Shown here one piece after another: positions 23,149 through 35,467 of a stretch of DNA of 42,138 nt; the stretch's first letter is position 1; the number at the start of each line of letters is the position of its first letter. Under the pieces are notes generated by a model. It worked only from the letters and a program-made list of their open reading frames with translations. It was not told the origin of the DNA and did not search any database. The translations under genes were made by a program, and so were the position numbers. Source of the stretch: Octopus bimaculoides (lineage: Eukaryota); NCBI RefSeq assembly GCF_001194135.2, contig NC_068985.1, positions 29,058,326-29,100,463 on the forward strand, read 5' to 3'.

Positions 23149-26100
23149 ATATAAGAAAAGTAGGAAATTTTATTTCGTCATAAACAAGAAAAATTATGCT
23201 GGTGACTAATAAAACAAAACAAAACAGACGGGGAAACATAACAAATTGAGACCCAAAATAAAATAACAGGGTTAATACACAATTGAGCACAGCTAATAGG
23301 CAAAACCTACATGAACGGTAACATTTGTTGACCTAGTACAGATCAATGTTCGGAGGGAATTATAAATAGAAGGGGATGAATAAAAAAAAAAGAATCAATT
23401 GCTTCTGAATATGTTTGGACAATGATGAAAAAAATATACAGACATGATTGCATGTAGGTATTTGTACATTTAATACATTTATTCATCTGAACACACACAC
23501 ACACACATATAAGGTGTGACAAAAGGAAGTAGCATTTAACAGAAGTGTAATTAAAAATTTGTCAAACTTTTGGAATTTGGTGTATAGGATGTGGGCGTGG
23601 CTGTGCAATTAAGAAGTTTGGTTTGCAACTACAGGGTCCAAGGAGTAATCCTGCTGTAGAATTTTGGACAAGTGTCTTCTACTACAGCCTCAGTTTGACC
23701 AGTTTTTTGGCACAGAATTTATGAGAACATTGCACAGAAACTTAACTGTTTATAAATACAAGTTAGGTTTGATTATTTCCAATTCATACAACATTGGAAA
23801 TAACCACTATAGTGTTAAACATGGTGAGTAGGAAAAATATTTGGAGGTAGAGAACACTGTCTGACCATGCAAGCAAGGGAAACAACTTTGAATGTTTCTC
23901 ACTTCTCAACCATTCTCAATGGAAGTACGGTTGTTGCATGCTGGCCATTAAGTACATGTGTATCTCTTACTAAGAGAAAAAAAACCCTTTACTTTCCAAA
24001 TGATGTCTATTGCAATACTTATTCTACACTGTGTTGCACATGTTCCCTTGTTACTCACACCAAGAGAAATGCTGTACATCAGTGATTGTTGTAACCAGCA
24101 AAGCTATTGTTCAAATGTGATAAAATTATGTTGAGTGTCAGTTCCTACAGACAGTTAATAAAGGAATACACTGTGATCAGCAGAATAAGCAACATTGCTA
24201 TATTAAATATCCACAGTTGATTACTTCAGTCTGCAGTAATTTGCAAACACTGAGCTATTCTATCAAAGAAAAAAAGAAAAAAAAAACTTTTTGTGAAGCA
24301 CCCATTTTTTAAGAATGTAAAAATATTTGCATGCCCTTGGTATTTTGAGGGAATATTTTTGATCATTGCAACTAGTTTCAGTAAATGAAATTAGATATTT
24401 GATAAACTAAAACTTCGAATAAATTTAAATCATTATATATAGATAAAAATACTTAATTCACATTTCAGGATAATGTTTAGAATTCATACCATTAACCACA
24501 TTTTATTAATTTGCTTTACAATAGTAAAAACATTAAAAAAAAAAAAAACACCTTAAATTCCGAAGCAAATAGACAATATATTCAACGTGGTTGGTGTTAG
24601 GAAGGGCATCCAGCTGTAGAAACTCTGCCAGATCAGATTGGAGCCTGGTGCAGCCTTCTGGCTTGCCAGTCCTCAGTCAAATCGTCCAACCCATGCTAGC
24701 ATGGAAAGCGGATGTTAAACGATGATGATGATGATGATGATAGTGTCTATAGAGTTCTGTTTGTAAAAAAAAATACAGTTTCAGAAGCTTTATAGCAACT
24801 TTTGGCTCTCAGTGTAGAGAGAGTAGATGACGCCTTTGTGTAGCTATGGCAGATATCAAGTAAGAAGAAAAAATAGGATGCATTTCCATTATGCAAATCA
24901 GTTATCAGAACAAGGTGTAATAGATAGTTCACTGAAATTTCCCCTCAAAAAGAAAGAAAAGCAGGAGACCTTTTGTGAAAATAACAGCTAGTTATTTGTG
25001 AATGAAAGATTCATTTGAGTAGATTCAGAAATTATCATATTTAGAGTTATTTCATTCAGAGATAACGCTTGAAGAGGTCACTCTACTTATATTTTGAAAC
25101 CTAAGTGAGTGGTATTGGTTTGTTTGCAAAACGATGACGCACTTAGGCCTCATTACAAGATCAGAATTAATCTCTTAAGCTATGACTTGTCATAAAAGGG
25201 TTTGCCTTTTGTTGTTGTTTCTTTTTTTGTCTGTAACTCTTGTTGCTGCTACTCATACATTTTGACTGTTTGTGTATTTTTAATTCCTCAGACTATTTAA
25301 TAGAGGAGAAGATGTGGGCGATACAAGAGTGGAGCAAGAGAAAGATTTGTTTGACCATTGTGGTCAGTAGTAAGTTTATGGACAAAAGCTGAGAGAAAGA
25401 GACAGACAGACAGTTGGTGGAAATCAGTGATATACGTTGTATTTAGAACATGAAGCAACAATACCTTGCAATATTCGGTTAAATCTCTATGTCCTATGTT
25501 TGAGTTTTTCTAGGGTTGACTTTGTTTTCCCTTCTCCTGAGGTTTAATACAAAGTGCTTGTCAGGTACTAGGGTTGATTTAACTGACTTATTCTCAAATT
25601 TCTGGCTTTGTGCCGATGCTAGAAACAATTATTGTCTTTATATAAAATACATGAGGGACAACTAGAGGTGAGGGTCCCTTCCCCACCACCTCTAACTCCT
25701 ACTCGCCTTTCGAAATCTTGTGAACTCACCCACCTACTCCAGTCCCTAGTCCACTCTACTAATTACATCACACTGTAACCTGGGTGTATGGCCCCTGTTC
25801 CCTCTCTGTTACATCATCATTTTTCTCTTCTCTCTCCATCTTCTAATGAAGACACTTTTCTGTCCCTCAGGCCTTACTGCTGCTGCTGGTGCCACACAAA
25901 AAGTACTCAAGGACAAAAACCATGCCAAAACAGAGGGCAGAGCTTGATATAGTCTTCCAATTTGTCTGTTCATATCAAACCATCCAACTCATGGGAAATG
26001 AAAGACAAACAATGATGATGACAATATCACATTCATAGTGACAATGTTACTTGCATCAATCTCACCAATCTTAGAGGACATATGAAGGCCTTGAGTACAA

Positions 26101-27537
26101 CCTCACACTCCTGGCCCAACAAAGAGAGAAACAAGAATCAAATTAACATAAAAAAACAACATGGAATCAAAATGAAATTGTGGATGAACCCATTTGCAGT
26201 TGTTTTATTCCCACTTACAAATCTCTAAGGGGAATCAAACAACTAAAGTGATGTAATAATTTTGCCTAAAGTCAACAAAGAAGTTTCTACGCAATAGCTT
26301 GATCTGCTAAAAGTAGCAGTTCATTCTCTCTCAAATCACATCCTATTGTCTTATGAAAAAGGACACATTAGCTAGTATTGTTTTGAAAATGGTATGCCTG
26401 CAAAACCAAAAACAAAAGAAGATGGAATAGCCATGGCTGAAAAGCCTTTGATCATAGCTTTGTTGGATCAACAAAGCTATGATTAAATAACACTGGAATA
26501 CTATATTTGAGCTCTGCTCAGTTAGTGTTGACCTAGAGATAAACAATGATATTTTTATGGCAACATTAAAACTCAAGTCCTAGAAGTCACTAGCTCAATG
26601 CTGTCACCACCTTACAGTCACGATGCTCTAAATAGATAGACACATACACATAAACACAAAATTGTTAGCAGAGACACACAAGTTTCAATATAGTTAAATT
26701 CAGAAAAGGGAACATCAATAAGATTACAAGAGAACTACATGACATTATCAGCCAATCCCTACAAACAATATTATAAGGCTAATCTAAACCAGTTTCTTTT
26801 TACAAAGGCACAAGGCCAGTTTTTTCTGGGTATTTTTTTTATAGTAGCAGTGATACATTCAATTAACATTGACCTCAACACATCACTGGGTTATTTATAT
26901 CATATTGATCCCAAAGAAATGAAAGATAAAACCATTCTTAACAGAATTTGCCAGAAAAAGGACACAACCAAAAATATAATATAGTTATATATAATATAGT
27001 TAAGTTAGCATTAACATAATCATTACTGACAGTAACAAACAAATGAAATTGTATGATGGGGAAAAACAAATAATAGTCATTGGATATTTTCGTTTATTCA
27101 ACAAGTAGAGGAAATAACTTCGAGCGTTTCTAAATTATTAGGGGTCTTTTCAGTGATCTAGCACAGACTTCACTGTATTTGCTGAAGTAGTGGTGAAAGA
27201 ATCAATAAATAAATATGCAATGTTACAGACTGAGAATAAAAGTACAAATTACATTTAGGCGTATGGTGGTTAGTCCATATTACTCTGTAAGGAACATAGG
27301 GCTGGTTTCCTGGTTTCTCTGGCATATATATTACTCCCTGAATGGGACACTAGTCCGTCGCAGGGTAACTCATTTTTACCAGTTGAATGAACTGGAGTAA
27401 AGTGAAACGAAGCATTTTGCTCAAGAACGCAATGCATCGCCCAGTCCAGCAATCAAAACCACAATCTTACACTTCGGAGTCTACTGCCCAAACCACTAAG
27501 CAAAGCATCTCCACTTGCTAAAAATACAGATAATATT

Positions 27538-27751
27538 CTTTTCTACTCAAGCCACAAGGCCCAAAATTTTTGGGGAGCGGGCCAGTCGATTAGATTGACC
27601 CCAGTACACAACTGGTACTTAATTTATCGACTCCGGTAGGATGAAAGGCAAAGTCGACCTCAGTGGAATTTGAACTCAGAACGTAAAGACAGATGAAATA
27701 CTGCTAAGCATTTTACCTGGTGTGCTAACGTTTCTGCCAGCTTGCTGCCTT
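27538..27751 (-). mobile_element. SINE family B with TSD
   Basis: Full copy; GATAATATT duplicated at 27529-27537 and 27752-27760. Confidence 0.85.
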
Positions 27752-27900
27752 GATAATATTAAACAAAAGCTAAGTTAGAGTTAATACATTAACTATTATC
27801 TACTAGCACATCACCCTGGATTAATCTAAAAATTCAGAAAATATAACTAACAAACATTATTTACATTGGACAGATATTTGTCCTCATCTTGTTTGTTCTT

Positions 27901-27946
27901 AACACAACGTTTCGGCTGATATACCTTCCAGCTTTCATCAGATGTC
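27901..27946 (-). ncRNA. Minimal type I hammerhead ribozyme motif in Penelope pLTR
   Basis: Minus strand GACAT-CTGATGA-AAGCTG..CAGCC-GAAA-CG-TT-GTGTT: intact core, stem I with G-U pairs, stem II GCTG/CAGC, palindromic stem III. Confidence 0.8.
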
Positions 27947-28787
27947 TTGAAGAAATTTTGAACCTGGGTTCTCATTCCTAAGGTATTTTTCGATTTTAGT
28001 ATTATTATTATTATTGTTATTGTTCAAGTCACTGCTTGGAATCAAACTCAGAATCTCGGGGTTAGTAACCCGCGCTCTTAACCACTACGCCATATGCCCG
28101 TGGGCAATTATGGAGTGAATTTTAGGGCTTATAAATCTAATATTTTTCTATCCTTCCTTAATACCGGTTCCCATATGTTATTCATATCTGCACTTGGTCT
28201 GCTTAGAAGGTGGTTGTGTCCTAGCATATGTGCTGCTTTTTTTAGTTTTCATATTTTCCAGTGGTGTTCTCTGTCTATTATTTTAACTTCATCCCACAGG
28301 GGGAGGTGGTCTCCATTTTTCCACACATGAACAGTTACACCCGATTTATTAATATCTCCTCGTGTCACAGCTTTGCAATGTCCATCTACCCTTATTTTGA
28401 GGGGGCGGCATGCTTCGCCTTTGTATAACCTACCACAGCTGCATGGGATGGAGTACACACAGTCTTTGGTCATACTCTCTTCTATTGGTGGTTTTACTTG
28501 AAGGAGATATTTGCGAAGTGTTGTATTACTCTTAAATACTGTCCTGCTGTCATATTGGTCTCAAATCTTTTCTATCCTTTCGGAGAGGCCTTTCACATAG
28601 AGTAGACAGACTGGACAGTTTATTAGTCTCATCCTCTCTCTTCTTCATAATTGGAGTGGATAGTATACTTTTGAGGTAGTTGTTGCTTAACAGATCATTA
28701 TTGAGCTTGATCATTTCTTCGTGGTGTGTATCACGATTGCTACTTATATTCTTTGCACAATGTTTTAGGCACTGAGCAATTCCCCAA

Positions 28788-28833
28788 GACACCTGATGAA
28801 GGCTGAAGGGTATATCAGCCGAAATGCTGCGTT
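28788..28833 (+). ncRNA. Hammerhead motif in inverted pLTR copy (stem III/cleavage region mutated)
   Basis: GACAC-CTGATGA-AGGCTG..CAGCC-GAAA-TGCTGCGTT versus GAAACGTTGTGTT in the sister copy. Confidence 0.65.
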
Positions 28834-29384
28834 AACAACAAACAAGATGAGGACAAATATCCGTCAAATGTAAATAATGTACATAATTCCTCATCTCTTA
28901 AATATAGATCTGTAATAACTAACAAAGTTGAATTGTATCCAACTCCTTTCATAGCTGTTCAAATGTAAAAACAAAATATATAAATAAATAAATATATGTA
29001 AATATACGTTATATTTTATTACTTACGCTTATCCTCTGGAGAAAATATTTCAGAAGAACCACAAGAAATATAAACAAAGAAACACATTTAACATTTGAAA
29101 TAAAAATGTTTACTGTACCAAGAACTGTGACCAAGCAGAGTCTGCAAGCCATTTTTGAGATGCAAAAATGTTATGTTTTTACTTTTCAGTAACTTAAAGA
29201 ACACATGTTCCACGTCAACATGAAATACGATGTATTCTTGTTAGTAGAGAAAAGAACATAATAATAATAACAATAATAACAATGACAACCTATTATGAAA
29301 ATAGCGAATGTGGAATAGAATAGCTATACAGATAATGTGGTCACTACTACAGTTTATAATAAGACTAGGTAAACAAGCACACAC

Positions 29385-29385
<1 letters not shown>

Positions 29386-29429
<44 letters not shown>

Positions 29430-29485
29430 GTATATATATATGTATGTATATATATATGTATATATATATATATGTATATATATAT
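29386..29485. repeat. (TA)n/TATG microsatellite
   Basis: Direct reading; other tracts: (TA)n 11389-11441 and 29877-29910, (GATA)n 11943-11979, (GTT)n 31570-31611. Confidence 0.9.
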
Positions 29486-29875
29486 AAGGGGAGGGAAGTA
29501 GATAAGTATAAACAAACAGCACAGCTCACAGAGCAAAGAGTATTATCATTAGTAAATAAAAAAGGAGAAAAANNNNNNNNNNNNNNNNNNNNNNNNNNNN
29601 NNNNNNNNNNNNNNNNNNNNNNNNNNNNNNNNNNNNNNNNNNNNNNNNNNNNNNNNNNNNNNNNNNNNNNNNNNNNNNAATTCATTTCATTGGTCAAATT
29701 CCAACATATAATAACAAAAGTACAAAGGCAAAAAAAAAAAATATATGTATAAATATAAATAATATACACAAAAAACAAAATTGGAGGGTAAAAAAAAAAC
29801 AAAAAAAAAGAGAATCGACTTCAGATCTTCAAACAGTGACCAAAAGTAATAGGTCTTAGGACCTTCTCCGTAAAG

Positions 29876-29913
<38 letters not shown>

Positions 29914-30572
29914 CAGCATTTTTACTTTTTTGCTTTTTTTTTTTCTCTATGGGATATCACAATAAAGGTTCATTTGCAGTTTCAGTTAATTGTTCTAGAT
30001 AGTTTCTTCCTTAATTAGGAGAGAAACAGAAACTAACAGTTAATTAAATGAACCACATTTTAGTTTTGAATATTGGAAAACAAACAGAAAGAAAAACGTT
30101 TCAAAAAAGATAGATTATTGACTATATATTTTTTCCACTGTATATATTTCTTGGCAGTACAGGTGGTGTCCATTATTTTATTAAAATCTAATGTATCGTG
30201 TTTCTATCCATTTAAAAAATCATTAAACTAAACAAAACTAGTTGAGACATAGACAGAGAAGAAGAGAGAAAAGATGAAAAAGAAACAGAAGATAAAGCAG
30301 AAAATGAGAAAGAGCTGTAAAAGAAAAGAGAGAGAGAGAGAGAGAGAATATTTATCCATTATTGGTATGCAAAATGCAAATGAAAGAATAAAGAGATGAG
30401 AAATTTAAAAATAGGTAAATATTAGCAGTAAACAAAAGAAAACTTGTACTCCAAGAGATTCTGCATTCTTCAACACACAAGTAGGCAGCTTGCACCCATC
30501 ATTACACACATGTATGCACTCATATACACCCAAGTACACATACACACACACACTCACACACAAGAGTTCTGG

Positions 30573-30777
30573 TTAATGGCCAAGGAATGATTGAGTTGTG
30601 TTGCTGCTGGACATGTTGGAAGATTCATGGAAGCTGTCTTGAATGTGGCCATGTTTCAAAGATCTTAGTTCTGTTGTCAGAGTCAACACATGACGGGCAA
30701 GTTGTTCATTGCGACGTTTCAGGCTGAGGACCATATCAGCTTGTTTTTCTAGTAATTTCTCATTGAATGAGTATCCA
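30573..30777 (-). CDS. TMEM192: TMEM192 (lysosomal membrane protein), final coding exon with stop
   Basis: ttttctgtttcag acceptor; GYSFNEKLLEKQADMVLSLKRRNEQLARHVLTLT...GH* matches recalled TMEM192 C-terminal [30 protein letters not shown]; TAA at 30573-30575. Confidence 0.92.
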
Positions 30778-31567
30778 CTGAAACAGAAAAAAAAAAAAAA
30801 AATTAGACAGAGTAAACGAACAATATAGATGACAATAAAAATTTAGTTCTGCTGTAAATCAGGCATTTCCAACCAGAGGTGCACAATCGCTTCAGATACA
30901 AGACAATATGTCAGGAGGTGCAAAAACCTAAGATTTGGCAATTTTTTTAAATATTACCATTTGACATGTAAAAAAAAAAAAGAAATTATCATATATCGAT
31001 ATATACAGTCAAGGTGTTATTCACCTAGCAGTTTGTTACAATGACAAATTAAATCCAATCGTTCAATTATGTTACTCTAAATCCCCAAAATTCCATCTCC
31101 TCATGTTTTGTCTTCAGCCAGCCCAACTCTGGTCTCTCTCTCTCTCTCAGTTCCGTTAACCATTTGCTTCTCCCAATACAACGGCATTACCTCTGCTCTC
31201 CCCACCCCATCCTGTATAAATTAGCTCCATTCAGATTCCCCTACCTCATAATTTAATATCTTACTACACAAAGTAGAAGTCAAAGATGTTCATATAAGCA
31301 ACTTCGTTTTCCAACCTAGCACACATCTAAAAACCTCATTTTACAGTGCAAATTATAATTACTTTATCATTTCATTATCTATGTACTCACATTTTAGTCT
31401 TCTATGAGATATGTTACAGAAAACTGATGATCCCCACGTTCAATCCATGTTCATTTATTATTGCTTTCCATCCATTTATCTAATTTTGTCAGAGTTTGGC
31501 TGACCAAATACTGCTGGCTATAGCTCTAGTTAAGAATGCAAATGTCCAATTCTGTTTCATTATTATT

Positions 31568-31612
<45 letters not shown>

Positions 31613-31874
31613 CTGTCACACCGACAGCCAGAGTGTTTGTTGTTTTACAGTGTGCCCACTCTTCCCACGCCCACCACATATACCAGAAGTCTTTATCCCC
31701 TGACCTCTATCAGATGTCTTTCCCCTGAATGCTTCCAATGGTTTAAATGCTTCCCCATTTCTACTTAATGTTCATCTCTTATTGAAATGTAGTGATTATG
31801 TAGCGCATAAAATGATGGCATAGTGAATGCAGGTTGAAGGCTATTGTAGGTTTATAAGTTCTGTCAAATGCAAG

Positions 31875-33695
31875 CTTTCTTTTCAGGTACAATTAGGCTC
31901 CATCCCAGGGTCTTGCGTGTCCACACCTGCCACATTCTCAGAGTTGGCACATTGAAAGGTAAGTCTGGTGAGATTGTTGAGATACTTGAAAGGAGACGTG
32001 TAGATTTGTGCTACATCCAAGAAGTAAGGTGGAAAGGAAGTTCTGCTAGGTTCCTAACAGGCAAAGAACATAGATATAAGATTTTCTGGGTAGGGAACAC
32101 TGATTGGGTTGGGGGCATGGATATACTCCTTGTGGAGAAATGGGTTGATAAGGTAGTCAGAGTCAGTGATAGAATACTTAAGCTTAGATTAGTGCTGCAA
32201 CATGGATCAGCAACCATTATCTCGGCCTATGCCCCTCAGCCAAGGCTACCTGATGAACAGAAAGACCGATTTTATGACACCCTCTAGCAGACTACCTCGT
32301 CGATAAGTGACAAGGACCTTCTCTTTGTGGCTGGCAACTTCAATGGGGATGTTGATCAAGGTTTCCATGGTGTACATGGTGGCTATGGATTTGGTTCCTG
32401 CAATGAGGAGGGAACCAGGCTGCTGGAGTTCTGTGATGCAAATGATCTTATGGTCTGTAATACTAACTTCAGGAAACCTACCAGTCACCTATTCACCTAC
32501 CGTTCTGGCAGACACACTAGTCAGATTGACTACATCCTTGCCAGGAAACAGGAAAGATGGCCACTTATAAATACCAAAACCTTCCCAGGTGAAGAATGCA
32601 CCCCACAACAAATGTTAGTAGTTAGTGACTTCAGCCAGCATGGAAAAGAAGGGTCTGGAAGTTTAAGGATCCTGTGAATGGACAGAGATTAAGAGATGTA
32701 TAACTCGAAGCTAAGCTTTAGACGAAATAGAGGAGGATGTAGCATCACATAAAGTGGAAGAAAACTGGAGGTTCCTTCGGGACAACCTTTTGAAAGCTAC
32801 TGACCATATCTGCGGATGGTACAAAGTCCCCTCTCAACCTAAGGTAACATGGTGGTGGAACAATGTAGTTGACAGAGCCACTAGGGAAAAGAAATAAGCA
32901 TAGAAGGACTGGAAGAACAGTGGTAGCAGGGAACTGTATCAGATTGCCAGAAGGGAAGCTAGGAGACAGGTTTACTTAGCCAAGGGAGAAGCAGATGAGA
33001 AAAAAAAATTGCCAATGTTCTGTGTCATGAAGACCAAAGACTTGAAGAGTTTCATGTTGCAAGACAGTGTGTGAGAGAGAATCGTGATGTCATAGGAGAG
33101 AAATGTGTCCACATGGATGATGGCTCACTTGCATTTAATGAGGCTGCAAAGAGAGAGACTTGAAGACACCACTATGAAAGGGTGCTAAATGAAGAGAATG
33201 AATGGGAGAAAGAGAGTCTGCCAAATGTTGACCCAACAGAGGGAACATCTATCCGAATTGACAGTACTTTGGTAGATAAAGCAATTAAGGGTATGAAGGT
33301 GGGGAAAGTCCCCGGCCCAACAGGAATCACTGTAGAGATGCATAAAATAGCTGGCGATGTAGGCTATAGTCTAGTCAATTGTATAGTCAATCAGGTGATA
33401 CGTGAAGGAGTCATACCCAATGACTGGTGTAGCAGCACCATAGTCAACTGCTACAAAGGTAAAGATGACGCGTTAGATATGAATAATTACAGAGGTATCA
33501 AGTTGTTGGATCAGGTGATGAAAGTCACAGAGAGGGTCATAGCCCAACTAATTAGGGAGAGAGTTAGTTTAGATAAGATGCAGTTTGGGTTTGTGCCAGG
33601 GAGAAGCACCACTGATGCTATATTTCTAGTAAGACAGCTGCAGGACAAATACCTAGTCAAAGATAAACCCTTGTACTTGGGTTTCGTTGACATGT
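31875..33695 (+). mobile_element. Decayed RTE-clade LINE (APE endonuclease and N-terminal RT), antisense in a TMEM192 intron
   Basis: ORF pieces with APE motifs (IQEVRW, IISAYAPQ, GNFNG, QIDYIL) and RT domain 0-2 motifs (NYRGIKLL, QFGFVPGRSTTDAIF, FVDM); several stops and frameshifts; ends just after FVD. Confidence 0.92.
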
Positions 33696-33861
33696 CTACA
33701 GGCCAGAGGTTGAGTGTGTTGGTGAGCACCACCTTTCCAAATATAAAATTAAACAAAGTAAAATGTAATAAATGAAAGCCTATTATGAAAGAAAAAGGTC
33801 ATTATGTAAACACCTAACTCCCCAATCCCCTCAAAGAACTTCTTAAAAATCTATAATTTAC

Positions 33862-33970
33862 CGTTCTCCAATATCCTGGAAATTCTGAGAATAAGGAAGA
33901 CCACTTTGCTGAGTTTCATCTTCAATAACATCTGGGAGTTTCTTAGCAATATTGAACCGTGAAACCTGAT
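33862..33970 (-). CDS. TMEM192: TMEM192 coding exon
   Basis: 109 nt, (Y)QVSRFNIAKKLPDVIEDE...IGE(R) vs recalled human VKIRRFNKAKPEPDILEEE; canonical sites, phases fit. Confidence 0.92.
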
Positions 33971-34069
33971 CTGTAAAATAATAAATATAGTGGTAATTAT
34001 CATCATCCATTTTGAGGAGCGATGCACTGGAAGAATTAGTAGAACATAAGACAAAATAAAGTGATAATA

Positions 34070-34299
34070 TGTTGTCAACTTAATGTGACAGTCCCATGAA
34101 AGGGAAGAATACAACTGTTATTTAGCTCTAGGAACCACTGGTGACACATTTCCTGTGTCCTTATGTTTTCAAAATGGAGATAACATAAAACATAAGGAAA
34201 CAGGAAATGTGTCAAGTCCAACAGGAAACGGTGTTTCCTATGGCTAAATAACAGTAGTATTCTTCCCTTTCGTGGGACTGTCACATTAAGTTGACAACA
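34070..34299. mobile_element. Fold-back MITE with TA TSD
   Basis: TA|TGTTGTCAACTTAATGTGACAGTCCC...GGGACTGTCACATTAAGTTGACAACA|TA; about 60-bp outer arms plus inner arms. Confidence 0.85.
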
Positions 34300-34694
34300 T
34301 ACAATCACATTATCGTATTGCTACTGCATAAATCTCTCAGAGATTTAGAAATGTATTATTTCTATAAGACAAAATACCTGGCATATTTGATTGCAAGTCT
34401 TTGTATTGAAAATTCAAACCTGGCCAAGGTCTAATGAGCTTTGTATCACCCCCATGTCAATAAAATAAGTAGTTAAGGTACTGGAACTGACTGGATTGTC
34501 TAGCTTTCTCTAACAAAAGTATTTATTTAGGTCTCTTTATTTAATGATATCAAGTTCCACTAGGATCCACTTAGTCTTTTATCCAGCAAGATTTTGATGG
34601 AATAATGAAACTTCAGTATTTAACTGAGATTGAATTAGCTGACTATAACTTCCTGTTCTAGATTTGTAGCTAAAGTTAATAAATTATTATAATT

Positions 34695-35055
34695 AGGCAG
34701 TGAGCTGGCAGAATCATTAGCACATTGGTCGAAAATGCTTAGCAGCATTCTTCTGGATTATTACATTCTGTGCTCAAATCTCACCAAGGTCAACTTTGTC
34801 TTTCATCCTTTTGCGGATGATAAAATAAAGTACCAGTCAATTAATGGGGCTAATATAATTAACTAATCCCTCCACCTACAATTGCTGGCCTTATGCCAAA
34901 ATGTGAAACCTAAATTCCCACTGAGGTCAACTTTGTTTTTCTTCCTTTCGGGGTTAATGAAATAAATACAAGTTGAACATTGGGACCAATGTAATCAACT
35001 AGCCTCCCCCCCCCCCCGCACAAAAATTGCAGGCCTTGTGCCTATAGTAGAAAGG
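34695..35055 (+). mobile_element. SINE family B, full copy plus adjacent 3' partial copy
   Basis: AGGCAGTGAGCTGGCAGAATC head; body repeated from about 34915. Confidence 0.75.
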
Positions 35056-35314
35056 GCTATTATGGTAATTTTGAAATATAGCACAGGAATGAAATTAAAA
35101 AAGAATTAGGAAAGAACATGACATGCATTTCACAGGCAGTTAGAATGTTTGGCTACTAATTACATTGGAATGGCTTCAAAATTAGCGACAATTAATGCAG
35201 TACCTAGTTAAATAAAGTATAACAATTTATTCCAAATATTAATTAGGTTTCATTAAAATTACTAAATTTTTATATATTTTTAACAACAAATTTATAAATA
35301 AAATAAAAACTTAC

Positions 35315-35467
35315 AGCCATATTGCACCAAAAACAGAAAAGCAACTAACACCTCAATTGTCGTAATGATTTGAAGGTAGGCATATGGCTTTAGGAAACCA
35401 CATTTGTCACGCCATGAACATTTGAACTCAGCAAAAATCTGGGTGGTCAGCATTTTCAAGATCATAC
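35315..35467 (-). CDS. TMEM192: TMEM192 coding exon (transmembrane region)
   Basis: 153 nt, (G)MILKMLTTQIFAEF...YLQIITTIEVLVAFLFLVQYG; ctctttctcattgcag acceptor, GTAAGT donor. Confidence 0.9.

Larger units (their letters stand above)
27855..28914 (-). mobile_element. Penelope-like element, 5'-truncated, with inverted pLTR copies
   Basis: GIY-YIG endonuclease fragment (CVYSIPCSCGRLYKGE...R...H...LWDEVKIIDRE, 28249-28473); pLTR tail present at about 27855-27950 (-) and 28785-28880 (+); TSD ATAACTAACAAA at 27843-27854 and 28915-28926. Confidence 0.9.

Noticed and set aside
22487-23290. Long ORFs spanning N-runs (also 15186-15881, 29365-29802, 40349-40760)
   Set aside because: Length is an artefact of gaps and microsatellites.
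27115-27160. Minus-strand CTGAAAA...GAAAC hammerhead-like remnant
   Set aside because: Core and stem II are both broken.
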